Below are positions 9,175 through 17,478 of a stretch of 25,756 nucleotides of DNA, in pieces; position 1 is the first letter of the stretch; each line of letters starts with the position of its first letter. The stretch lies in the IMG/VR virus record IMGVR_UViG_3300023293_000085, positions 1 through 25,756 of that record; one strand, given 5' to 3'. The position numbers and the translations under genes are program-made. Under the pieces are notes generated by a model, which had not been told where the DNA came from, did not search any database, and saw nothing but the letters and a program-made list of their open reading frames with translations. The DNA comes from a virus. Lineage: Duplodnaviria; Caudoviricetes.

Positions 9175-12100
9175 TAATAAAGTCTTTTAGGTTTCGATTT
9201 GCTTACTTTTTTCATTCCGTTTACGAATTGAGTGTGAGTAACAAACGCATTTTCATCAATATGCAAACTCACTTTACTGTTGTTAATCGATTTTTCAAGC
9301 GAATCTAAGCGGCTAACTATTCTACTATCGTTTAGGCTAATTGAAGCCATCATCCCGCCCTTCTCGCTGTTCTGTACAATGTCAACTATTTGCTGATTTG
9401 TGTAGTCTGTTAACGCTGCGGAATGTTGAATACCCATTATTTTCTCACGTCCATCAAATAGAAACGCTTTACCGCTTTTGGTTCGGCCTAAGTAGTCATC
9501 TTTACCAGTATTTCTTACTTTGCTGCCTGACATATCGGCCTCTACTCCTTTGTCCGTTCCTTCTTCAAATAAGGCTGTGATTGCCTCCATTGTTCCAATT
9601 GTTGCCAGTGCTTTAAATGGTGCTGTATTCGCATCGTCTTTGGCGTATTCAGAAGCCAAATTGATATAAGCCAATATTTTATTGTTTCTTACCTGTTCTT
9701 CTTGCTCTCGTTTTTTACTTGCTTTTAGTTTGTCTTGTTCTGCTCTTAATGCTGCTGCGTTGTTTTTTAGTCCTTGTTCTGCTCTACGCTCTTGGGTTTC
9801 TAATGCCTTATCATTTTGCCTAGTATCTTCGTCTAGTTGTTTAATTCTGTCAGATGATGCGCTGTTCATTGCCTCGCCAATTGTATTAATACTGCCCGTG
9901 ATTGTGTCAATGTTTGCGAGCCTCATCTCCTCTTCTTTTGCGAGTTTAGCTTTTAACGCGGCTTCATCATCTAATATTTCCTGATTTCTGATTTTTTCTT
10001 TATTGGCTTTCATTTTTTCAAGTGAAGCAGCGCTTTCTTCTTCTTGTTTTTTTAGCCATGCACGATAATCAGCGTCTTGTTTTAGCATTGCTTTTGAGTC
10101 AATATCAAATTCAATGCTTAAAGCGTCATCTTGTTCATCTTCTTCTTTAAGGTTTATTTTACCAATTTCTTTTGCTGCTTTTTTTGCTGCTTCGGCTTCT
10201 TTGGCTTTTCTTGCTGCTGCTGCTTTGGCTGCTTTTTCTGCATCTTCTTCAATATCTTCAGCTTCAATTGATGCTGGGGTTTCTGTATCTAATCCTAGCC
10301 TTCTGGCTAATTGATCTCTAGCATTTACCAAATTATTACCTTCAAATTCAGCTTCATTAAATTCATTTTGCGCCCTTATCAATGCAGCCATTTCTAATCT
10401 TACTGTCTTTCTTTGTTCGTTAAATCCCTGCCCTTTGTCGTTAGTTACAGTTTCTAGTTGTTTTTGTAAATCAATAGATTTATCTATTAACTCTCCTTCC
10501 TTTAAAATTTCTAAACCGTGTTGTTTTGCTACAGATACTAATTGTTCCCTTACAACCATCTCTTGTCTTCTGAACGCTAATCCCTTTTCGATTATGCTCG
10601 CTTGTTTTTCTGCTATCTTTTCGTCTTCTTCTTGAAGTATTATTTTATTAATCAAGCCAGCATTAACATCTTTTATTGCAATTGATAATTCTTCATTTGA
10701 AACTTTATCGGCATCAATAGATTTTAAATAATCTGGATATTTTTCTTTTAATTCTTGGATAAGTTTAATCCTATCCTCGCTTTTTAAATTGCTTTCTGTT
10801 ATTTGGACTAAAGTATTTTGAATAGCAACTTGCTCATCTCTCATTGCATCAGATGCTAATTCTGTATTTGTGAAAAACGATAGCATTGAAGTTGCTGCTT
10901 CTACTATACCCCTTGAAAGACTGCTAAACGCTCCATCTCCTTCAAGTAGTCCTAAAATTAACCCTTCCCAAGCTGAATCGAGTATTTTAATGCTTCCTGA
11001 TAATGTATCTAATTGAGTATCTGCCATTTTTTTGGCTGCTCCACCTGAATTATTTAATCCTTTTTCTAATTCTTTAGTTGTTTTAACACCATCAGCCAAA
11101 ACAAGAAATGATGTTGCTGCTCTTTTACCCACTAAAGCGGTTGCCGTTGCAAGTTTATCGTTGCTATTTACAATTTGTTCAAGTCCTTGATCTAAATCTA
11201 ACCCAGCTGCGTTTAATTCAATGAAACCAGCTTTTAACGCTGTACCCGCTTTACTGCCATTAATACCAGCATTTGCAAGAGTACCAAGCAAAGCGGTAGT
11301 TGTTTCTACGCTTACTCCTACGGCTTTTGCTGCTGGTGCTGCGTCTTTCATGGACTCTTTAAACTTCTCCATGTCTAAGGCTGAAATACTAAATGATTTA
11401 GCCATTACATCAACAATTCGCTGGGTTTGATTTGCTTCTAATCCGAAACCGCCCATAGTTGCGCCCGCAATTGCTGCTGCCTCGCTTAAATCTGTACCTG
11501 TTGCAGCCGCTAAACTTAGTGTTGCTTCTGTAGCGTTTAAAATTTCAGCCTTATTAAATCCTAATTTTGCAAATTCGGTCTGCAACAATGACACTTGCGA
11601 CGCGCTGAAGGATGTTTCTGAGCCTAAGCGCTTTGCATCGGTTGTAAGTTCTTTAATGTTGTCTGAAGTCGTTCCTAATACAGAGGCTAGATTAGCGTTT
11701 GACTGCTCAAATTCGCGCGTTCGTCTTATTGCGTCTCCGAATACTCTTGTAATTGCTCCGATACTTAAAAAAGCGGCTCCCATTGCTGCTGCTGCTCCGC
11801 TAAATATTTTCGGATAATTACCTACATTTCGTTGAAACTGGCCTGCTGATTTATCAACCTTCTTTAATTTAGTATCAAGTTTTACAACTTCAGCTTTTAA
11901 CTTTCGCGCTTGCTGTGAGTTTTCACCCATTGAAAGAGCTACATTTTTATACTTTTTTCTTAGGTCGTTTAATGTTCGCGATTCTTTTTCGTATGCGCTT
12001 ATTAAGCCTAATTTCTCTCTGGCTAATGTTTTATTTAATTTGTTCTGCTCTTGTAGCTTTATTTTTGATTGTGTTAATTCTTGGTTTTCTTTGGTTCTCG

Positions 12101-12338
12101 ATTGCTCTAATTTTTTACGAGTTGAAAGTAGTGCTTTGGTTGTGACGTTTACGTCTGCAGTGACTTTTTTATGCCTCTTAACATCGTCGGACGTTTTGAA
12201 AGCATTGCTTTTTAATATGTCTTTTTGTGATTGAAGTATCTTTTCTAATTCCGTGACTAGCTTCTTCGCTTCATCTGTAACGCTTGTTATCGCGTTTGCG
12301 GCTACTAAATCAGCCCTTTTTATAATTTTCTTAGCCAT
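9174..12338 (-). CDS. Tail tape measure protein (TP901-like core)
   Basis: 1054 aa, helical and Ala-rich; QFQRNVGNY, EFEQSNANLASVLG, AKRLGSETSFSASQV, LANAGINGSKAGTALK and MADTQLDTLSGSIKILDSAWEG are typical tape-measure motifs. Confidence 0.93.
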   Translation of the reverse strand: MAKKIIKRADLVAANAITSVTDEAKKLVTELEKILQSQKDILKSNAFKTSDDVKRHKKVTADVNVTTKALLSTRKKLEQSRTKENQELTQSKIKLQEQNKLNKTLAREKLGLISAYEKESRTLNDLRKKYKNVALSMGENSQQARKLKAEVVKLDTKLKKVDKSAGQFQRNVGNYPKIFSGAAAAMGAAFLSIGAITRVFGDAIRRTREFEQSNANLASVLGTTSDNIKELTTDAKRLGSETSFSASQVSLLQTEFAKLGFNKAEILNATEATLSLAAATGTDLSEAAAIAGATMGGFGLEANQTQRIVDVMAKSFSISALDMEKFKESMKDAAPAAKAVGVSVETTTALLGTLANAGINGSKAGTALKAGFIELNAAGLDLDQGLEQIVNSNDKLATATALVGKRAATSFLVLADGVKTTKELEKGLNNSGGAAKKMADTQLDTLSGSIKILDSAWEGLILGLLEGDGAFSSLSRGIVEAATSMLSFFTNTELASDAMRDEQVAIQNTLVQITESNLKSEDRIKLIQELKEKYPDYLKSIDADKVSNEELSIAIKDVNAGLINKIILQEEDEKIAEKQASIIEKGLAFRRQEMVVREQLVSVAKQHGLEILKEGELIDKSIDLQKQLETVTNDKGQGFNEQRKTVRLEMAALIRAQNEFNEAEFEGNNLVNARDQLARRLGLDTETPASIEAEDIEEDAEKAAKAAAARKAKEAEAAKKAAKEIGKINLKEEDEQDDALSIEFDIDSKAMLKQDADYRAWLKKQEEESAASLEKMKANKEKIRNQEILDDEAALKAKLAKEEEMRLANIDTITGSINTIGEAMNSASSDRIKQLDEDTRQNDKALETQERRAEQGLKNNAAALRAEQDKLKASKKREQEEQVRNNKILAYINLASEYAKDDANTAPFKALATIGTMEAITALFEEGTDKGVEADMSGSKVRNTGKDDYLGRTKSGKAFLFDGREKIMGIQHSAALTDYTNQQIVDIVQNSEKGGMMASISLNDSRIVSRLDSLEKSINNSKVSLHIDENAFVTHTQFVNGMKKVSKSKPKRLY

Positions 12339-12342
12339 ACTA

Positions 12343-12350
12343 CAAAGTTA
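12343..12350 (-). promoter_or_regulatory. -7 element, 4 nt before the tape measure ATG
   Basis: Minus strand reads TAACTTTG-TAGT-ATG (ATG at 12338). Confidence 0.65.
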
Positions 12351-12351
12351 A

Positions 12352-12807
12352 TTATTTCTGTGCCTTGTTTTGTGTCTTGTTTTGCTTCGTTAACCTACTC
12401 AAATTGGTTAGATACATTCTGGTGCTTAATTCGTTTGGGTTGCACGGGTAAAGGTTTTGGCTCATGATGCTAATTATCTCAAAGAAATCAGTATTTGCGT
12501 CTAGCTTTTGCTCCAATAAATCCTTTTCATTTTCTGCAATTAGTTTGGCCGCTAAACTATTGCCCACTTCAGCGTTGATTTGCTTGATTAAATAACGCTG
12601 TTCCTTCTTTAAGCCTTCGATATACTCCGGATTCTTTAAATGTTGCTCAATTACTTGGTCAGTGATTAGCTCCCAAGCGTTAAATAATTCTGCATCTGTT
12701 GGCTCCCCTTCAATAGTCAAGTATTTAAGATCAGAATTTTCAGTAACTTGATGATATTTCAAACATGGTAAATCATCAATTGAATCGTAGTACTTTACTT
12801 TTGCCAT
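12352..12807 (-). CDS. Putative tail assembly chaperone
   Basis: 151-aa helical protein immediately upstream of the tape measure gene; assigned by position. Confidence 0.5.
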   Translation of the reverse strand: MAKVKYYDSIDDLPCLKYHQVTENSDLKYLTIEGEPTDAELFNAWELITDQVIEQHLKNPEYIEGLKKEQRYLIKQINAEVGNSLAAKLIAENEKDLLEQKLDANTDFFEIISIMSQNLYPCNPNELSTRMYLTNLSRLTKQNKTQNKAQK

Positions 12808-13247
12808 TCGTTTAATATTGTTTGTTGCATTATTGGTATGGCTTCTTTAATTAATTCGTCGAAACTGTCATCATCCAATCCTAAAACCTCCCATGTTGGA
12901 AGTAGTTTTTCGAAATCTGCTCCGCTTTCTCCTGGCTTCGTTGGCTCTTTTACTAAATCGCCAAATTCTAAAATGTAATCTTCAGTAACGGACAACACTT
13001 TAAATGACTTGTACAAATCACCCTTATCGAATAAACGCCATGGTCCGGGCTTTTTCTTGTATTTTATTATTGACCTTTTAGAGTATGGGGGCATTATTCG
13101 GTTGTTTGCCGCTTTCCCAGCTCTTAATTGGTCTAGGTTTAAGCTAATTACCAAATCCTTTAACGGCTTCTTTTTGAAGGTTAGGACAAAAACCTTTTCA
13201 ACGTCGGTTTTGATTATATTCTTTGCTAATTTCAGTAGTTCAAACAT
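12795..13247 (-). CDS. Putative tail completion / neck protein (basic, virion morphogenesis type)
   Basis: 150 aa with PPYSKRSIIKYKKK and LFDKGDLYKSF, similar to the L.DTG.L..S motif of tail-completion proteins; lies in the tail module. Confidence 0.55.
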   Translation of the reverse strand: MFELLKLAKNIIKTDVEKVFVLTFKKKPLKDLVISLNLDQLRAGKAANNRIMPPYSKRSIIKYKKKPGPWRLFDKGDLYKSFKVLSVTEDYILEFGDLVKEPTKPGESGADFEKLLPTWEVLGLDDDSFDELIKEAIPIMQQTILNEWQK

Positions 13248-13251
13248 TCTT

Positions 13252-13259
13252 CAAATGTA
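13252..13259 (-). promoter_or_regulatory. -7 element, 4 nt before the ATG
   Basis: Minus strand reads TACATTTG-AAGA-ATG (ATG at 13247), directly after a terminator. Confidence 0.65.
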
Positions 13260-13263
13260 AGGC

Positions 13264-13294
13264 AAAAAAAAACCCCGAATTAACGAGGCTTTTT
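13264..13294 (-). terminator. Intrinsic terminator after the major tail protein operon
   Basis: Minus strand AAAAAGCCTCG-TTAATT-CGGGGTTTTTTTTT: a stem with G-U pairs followed by a 9-T run. Confidence 0.8.
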
Positions 13295-13311
13295 AATTTG
13301 TGTAAGAATAT

Positions 13312-13488
13312 CTATTTAAGAGATTTCTTTTTCTTCTTTGGATACTGGTCTTTATACTCTGACCAAAGCCGATTGAAGTCACCTCTTACACCACCGCCAA
13401 CTAATAGCGAAATGAAAGCCTTTTTTCCTACTACTGTAGGTGCAAAAGCATCATTTGCAATACTTACGTTTGGGTAGTATTTAATCAT
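13312..13488 (-). CDS. 58-aa basic protein (below the ORF-track size cut-off)
   Basis: Hand-translated MIKYYPNVSIANDAFAPTVVGKKAFISLLVGGGVRGDFNRLWSEYKDQYPKKKKKSLK; TAATG overlap with the major tail gene stop; ends just before the terminator. Confidence 0.7.
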   Translation of the reverse strand: MIKYYPNVSIANDAFAPTVVGKKAFISLLVGGGVRGDFNRLWSEYKDQYPKKKKKSLK

Positions 13489-14420
13489 TAGAAAGTAATT
13501 ACTACCGCTTTTAATGCTGTGTCATCAAAACCCAATGTTGCAGGTGCAATAGACAGTTCTAATTCGTCTCCTGGTGTTGCCGTTGGATATGTAATAGTAT
13601 AAGTTCCTTTTGGACTTTCAAGTACTGATGAAATCGTAATAGCTCCTGCAGTAGGTGAAATTTCAGTTAAAACAAAATCATCCTTAACCAAACCCGATGC
13701 AATTCCTGGATTAGCTAAAGAACCGAAACCGTTAGTAATTTTCATTACTGCAACTGTTGTAGTTGCTGTTTCAGTAAGTGTACCAGATAAATCTAGTAAA
13801 CCATCATAAGCCAACCAGTCCACATCGGTTAAAAAATCAGAAGCTAAAAGCATTCTAACGTCTGAATCCTTAACAGAAATGCTCCATTGGAAGCCCAATT
13901 GAATTTTCGCAATTGTTGTATCTGTTGTGTCCATAGTCCGAACATCCCAAGTTTCTTGGTCTATTGAAAGTGGAGCTAAATAAGCAGGGTTTGAACCGTC
14001 ACCGATTAAGTTACCTTGTGAATCAACAATGTAAGCGCCCATATTTGAACAACCAAATCCTTCAATTTGTTTAGCGTAATCGCCGCCCAAACTTAGCATC
14101 TGACCAGTAAAAGTTTTTACACCGTTACGAATCTTTACATTTTTTCCACTTGGGAAATCCTCAGAAATAGGGTCACCTCTTTCATTAGTCACATTTTCCA
14201 TTTCAGGTAATGGGTAAAACCTTTTCTTATCGTCAGCTTGATTAATCAAAGCTCTGATAGCCGAATCAGCAGGAATTGTTCCTACTGGTATTCTATTAGC
14301 ATCGTTACTAGAATCAAACATAGGAACCAAAATCAGCCGTTTCGCAACGTCTTGAATAGGCATACACCCTGGAGTGCCTGTATTTGATAATGTTACGTTG
14401 CAATCACATGATGATGCCAT
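13488..14420 (-). CDS. Major tail (tube) protein, probably with a C-terminal Ig-like extension
   Basis: 310-aa acidic, beta-rich ORF between neck genes and chaperone/tape measure; own -7 element with an AT-rich leader; Thr-rich beta C-terminus (GTYTITY). Confidence 0.7.
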   Translation of the reverse strand: MASSCDCNVTLSNTGTPGCMPIQDVAKRLILVPMFDSSNDANRIPVGTIPADSAIRALINQADDKKRFYPLPEMENVTNERGDPISEDFPSGKNVKIRNGVKTFTGQMLSLGGDYAKQIEGFGCSNMGAYIVDSQGNLIGDGSNPAYLAPLSIDQETWDVRTMDTTDTTIAKIQLGFQWSISVKDSDVRMLLASDFLTDVDWLAYDGLLDLSGTLTETATTTVAVMKITNGFGSLANPGIASGLVKDDFVLTEISPTAGAITISSVLESPKGTYTITYPTATPGDELELSIAPATLGFDDTALKAVVITF

Positions 14421-14444
14421 AATTTTATAATTTTAAATTTAACA

Positions 14445-14452
14445 CAAAAATA
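14445..14452 (-). promoter_or_regulatory. -7 element for the major tail gene (leadered)
   Basis: TATTTTTG ends 24 nt before the ATG at 14420; the spacer is very A/T-rich. Confidence 0.55.
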
Positions 14453-14460
14453 AATAAATT

Positions 14461-15249
14461 TTAGTCAATATCGAAACCAACATTAAATCCAGAGCTGAAA
14501 GCCGCACCGCTTGGTGTTACGTTTTCTTGTTCCGCACATAGTAGGCTTTTCTTTATTGGCACGTCAATAACCGATTCAACACCCGACAACATACCAACCG
14601 CTAAAATATTCGTTTCGTCTGTTTTGGATAGCGTGTCTCCACCGACTATAAATTTCTCATGTGATATAAAGTCACTGGTTCCAATCAAACCCGTTTTAGG
14701 GCTTTTTTTAATTGCCTTGTAGGTAGATTCTGCCAGAGACAACATCGGTTGTATTATTTCGGTGCGTCTTTTGTCGCTTAAATAATCTCCGTATTTATCA
14801 GAATTAAGGAAAAACAACCTTACCGATCCATCCGAATCAATTACAGTATCTACATCTGCACTTCTTGACCTTGTTTGCTTGTTGAAAAACCATACAATTG
14901 GAAACCATGAAGCTGTGTTTCCGTTTGATTTTGCCTTTAACACTAGCTCAAAATTTGTTTGGGTAAGTGATCCTGCTACAAAATAAGGATTTGGTAGGTC
15001 TTTTTTTCCTATGGTTGGAGAAAGTGCTTGTTTTGCTATTTCTTGGACCGTGAAGTATTTGTCAATTTCAAACGCTGTTACCTTGTATTGGTTGCCGTCA
15101 ATGGTTAGCCGTGTACCTGTATTTATCCAGTGCGTTTTAAGAGCATAACATTTGTATTTGTTATCATCTTCTGTGATTATGGTATAAATATCTACTTGAA
15201 GATTTAACGCTCCAACAATATCATTTAAAACATTTTCAACTAAAATCAT
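14461..15249 (-). CDS. Neck / tail terminator-like structural protein
   Basis: 262 aa directly upstream of the major tail gene; C-terminal AFSSGFNVGF motif. Confidence 0.55.
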   Translation of the reverse strand: MILVENVLNDIVGALNLQVDIYTIITEDDNKYKCYALKTHWINTGTRLTIDGNQYKVTAFEIDKYFTVQEIAKQALSPTIGKKDLPNPYFVAGSLTQTNFELVLKAKSNGNTASWFPIVWFFNKQTRSRSADVDTVIDSDGSVRLFFLNSDKYGDYLSDKRRTEIIQPMLSLAESTYKAIKKSPKTGLIGTSDFISHEKFIVGGDTLSKTDETNILAVGMLSGVESVIDVPIKKSLLCAEQENVTPSGAAFSSGFNVGFDID

Positions 15250-15758
15250 AAAGGCGAATATAAGTCTGGAATGTAACCTTTAAAATCTGGATAATCTACA
15301 GGATTTTCCATTACATAATTTTGCAAATTGGTAATACTCTCGTAGTTTCTGTTAGTTAATATTCCGTTTTTAGTGATCAACCTATCAGAAGTTGCGGCCT
15401 CCTGCGAAATATTGACATTTCCCGAACCACTATTGAAAGTTTCTTGATCAGTTGTAAATCCAATAAAAACTATTTTCTTAAGAATATCCTTTATTCCTGT
15501 TGTGTAATACGGCTCAGTCGATATTGAAAAGCCTAACTCATTGAATATTAATAAATACTTTGCTGTTGCTGGTACTCGTGGAGTGCCTGTTAAATCAGCT
15601 ATAAATGCATCGCCCAATGTTGTACCTAGAATCAACCTAATATTTTGGTCTTCTAGCTTTTCGGTTATGTATAACGCTAAATATTCATCTGTGTACTGGT
15701 TTGAAGAAATTGCTGTTATACCTCCTGCAAAATCTGTTGTACTTAATATCGTTGCCAT
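15246..15758 (-). CDS. Putative head-tail adaptor protein
   Basis: 170 aa, first sizeable gene after the capsid; ILGTTLGDAFIADL and GIKDILKKIVF helices; assigned by position. Confidence 0.55.
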   Translation of the reverse strand: MATILSTTDFAGGITAISSNQYTDEYLALYITEKLEDQNIRLILGTTLGDAFIADLTGTPRVPATAKYLLIFNELGFSISTEPYYTTGIKDILKKIVFIGFTTDQETFNSGSGNVNISQEAATSDRLITKNGILTNRNYESITNLQNYVMENPVDYPDFKGYIPDLYSPL

Positions 15759-15925
15759 TATTCTATAATTATTGCCGTGCCATTTCTGACCATGTTATTT
15801 GCTGCAAGTCGTGCTGTAAATGGGCTTTGAGCGTTCTTTACTAAATCTAACTCTGAGCCAATTTTAAACTTTTTCTCTTTGTTTTGATATGGCTTTAAAA
15901 ATCGAACTATTAGCTTTTCTTTCAT
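15758..15925 (-). CDS. 55-aa protein (below the ORF-track size cut-off)
   Basis: MKEKLIVRFLKPYQNKEKKFKIGSELDLVKNAQSPFTARLAANNMVRNGTAIIIE; TAATG overlap with the adaptor gene; preceded by TAACTTTG-AGCA-ATG. Confidence 0.7.
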   Translation of the reverse strand: MKEKLIVRFLKPYQNKEKKFKIGSELDLVKNAQSPFTARLAANNMVRNGTAIIIE

Positions 15926-15929
15926 TGCT

Positions 15930-15937
15930 CAAAGTTA
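15930..15937 (-). promoter_or_regulatory. -7 element, 4 nt before the ATG
   Basis: Minus strand reads TAACTTTG-AGCA-ATG (ATG at 15925). Confidence 0.65.
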
Positions 15938-15938
15938 A

Positions 15939-16100
15939 CTATTTAGTTTTCTTTTTTGCCTCTGGTTTTTTAGCTCCTTTTAATTCTGCTTGGCCGTTGC
16001 TAATAATGAGTTTTCCAACTTCTTCCGTAACTTTATATTCTACACCTATCATTAAATGCTGTGTCTTTCCTTCTTTTACTTTCTTTCCTATAACTATCAT
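15939..16100 (-). CDS. 53-aa basic protein downstream of the capsid gene (below the ORF-track size cut-off)
   Basis: MIVIGKKVKEGKTQHLMIGVEYKVTEEVGKLIISNGQAELKGAKKPEAKKKTK; a -7 element lies 15 nt upstream. Confidence 0.7.
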   Translation of the reverse strand: MIVIGKKVKEGKTQHLMIGVEYKVTEEVGKLIISNGQAELKGAKKPEAKKKTK

Positions 16101-16115
16101 AGCTCTAATTTTAAA

Positions 16116-16123
16116 CAAAGTTA
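16116..16123 (-). promoter_or_regulatory. -7 element directly after the capsid terminator
   Basis: TAACTTTG ends 15 nt before the ATG at 16100. Confidence 0.6.
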
Positions 16124-16160
16124 AATAAAAAAAGCCCCACCAAATTAATGGCAGGGCTTT
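16124..16160 (-). terminator. Intrinsic terminator after the major capsid gene
   Basis: Minus strand AAAGCCCTGCCA-TTAATT-TGGTGGGGCTTTTTTTATT. Confidence 0.85.
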
Positions 16161-16178
16161 CTAATAATCTGGTTTAGA

Positions 16179-17477
16179 TTATGCTTTTTCTATAGCTGCT
16201 GCATCAGTTGCAAAAACACCTGTTACAAAAGCGTTCAAATCATTGTTTTGAATAAACAATTGACCTCTCCACTCAGCTAGGATAGTTCTCATGTTCTTAG
16301 TGAAATCGTTACCGTCTAGACCAACTTCTACCATAATAGAACTCTTTTCTACTATCGTTGCTTTTGAAGCGTCATAAACTAAATAACTCCCTATTGCCAT
16401 GTTGCTGTTTTCTAAAATTGGAACACCATCTAACATTAGAGTTGCGCCAACTTGCAACAATCTTGTAACATATCTGTTGTCAGAATCAGAAGCTAAAACT
16501 TTAATCACTTTCAAAGCTGCTACGTTAGTAGGGTTCATTTGAATAGTTAAATTAGATACTCCTTGATTTAGAAGTTTAATCTGGTTCATCGCTACCACTA
16601 AAACATCAACTGCATTAGCGTTTTCGACTGCATTTGCTTGACCTGTTGCAAATGTTCCTGGATTAAATGCAATAGCTTGGTTCATTAAACCGTTAACTGT
16701 GTTGCCTGTTCCGTCACCATTTAAACATTGGTTGTCTACAGAAAGTAACAATCTTACGATTAGTTTATTTCTTAACCATCCAGCCATGAAGCTAACATCA
16801 TCCAACATCTCAGTAGATACTTTGAAGAAGGCGGCAGTTTTTTCTAATGAAACTGAAGCAACTACAAAAGTATTATCAATTTGATCTTTTGTTGCGCCTT
16901 CTGCTGTGCCTGCAATTGTACCGTCTTGAGCTGTTTCGTAAACCCATTCGATAGTATTACGGTCAGTAGTCAACTTTGTGATTGATGGGTAAGTTACTGT
17001 AACTCTCTCAGCAATATCGTTAATTCCTTCTAGTCTTTGTGCTTGTGGCATATTTCCACCAGACAAACTATTTCCGAAGGTCATATCTACAACCTTATCA
17101 ATGGTAAAGCTAAAATCGTGATTTCTTTCTGTTTTACTTTTTGTAAAATTTTCAAGATTAGCTTTTAAAGCCTTATCTATTGAATTTTCCAATCCGTTAA
17201 CAGTAGCACCGCTTAACTGTCCTGTTTGGATAGCCTTCAAAGTAGTGCCTTGAAGTTTAATAGCTTCTTTGCAAGTAGCAATTTCTATTTTTGCTTTTTC
17301 AACTTCTTCTGTATTTCCGTTTTCCAGTATTTCTAATCTTGCTTTTAATTCTAGTTGCTCAAATTCTAATTTTGCAACATAATACGAATGCATTTCTTCA
17401 GTTGTAGCACCGTCAAAATCTTTTGAAATGTCCTTGATCTCTTTGGATTCAAGAAACTCTTTTAATGTCTTTTTCAT
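16179..17477 (-). CDS. HK97-family major capsid protein with N-terminal coiled-coil (delta-like) domain
   Basis: GTAEGATK, KTAAFFKVSTEMLDD, DNQCLNGDGTG, LDGVPILENSNM and DFTKNMRTILAEWR match HK97-type capsid motifs. Confidence 0.95.
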   Translation of the reverse strand: MKKTLKEFLESKEIKDISKDFDGATTEEMHSYYVAKLEFEQLELKARLEILENGNTEEVEKAKIEIATCKEAIKLQGTTLKAIQTGQLSGATVNGLENSIDKALKANLENFTKSKTERNHDFSFTIDKVVDMTFGNSLSGGNMPQAQRLEGINDIAERVTVTYPSITKLTTDRNTIEWVYETAQDGTIAGTAEGATKDQIDNTFVVASVSLEKTAAFFKVSTEMLDDVSFMAGWLRNKLIVRLLLSVDNQCLNGDGTGNTVNGLMNQAIAFNPGTFATGQANAVENANAVDVLVVAMNQIKLLNQGVSNLTIQMNPTNVAALKVIKVLASDSDNRYVTRLLQVGATLMLDGVPILENSNMAIGSYLVYDASKATIVEKSSIMVEVGLDGNDFTKNMRTILAEWRGQLFIQNNDLNAFVTGVFATDAAAIEKA

Positions 17478-17478
17478 C

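Noticed and set aside
10170-10270. Low-complexity GCT/TTT-rich repeat
   Set aside because: Explained by the AEKAAKAAAARKAKEAEAAKKAAKE helix in the tape measure protein.
12352-13488. Programmed -1 frameshift (lambda G/GT type) in the tail chaperone region
   Set aside because: No convincing slippery heptamer joining two ORFs was found; the 58-aa ORF is followed by a terminator and the next genes have their own starts.
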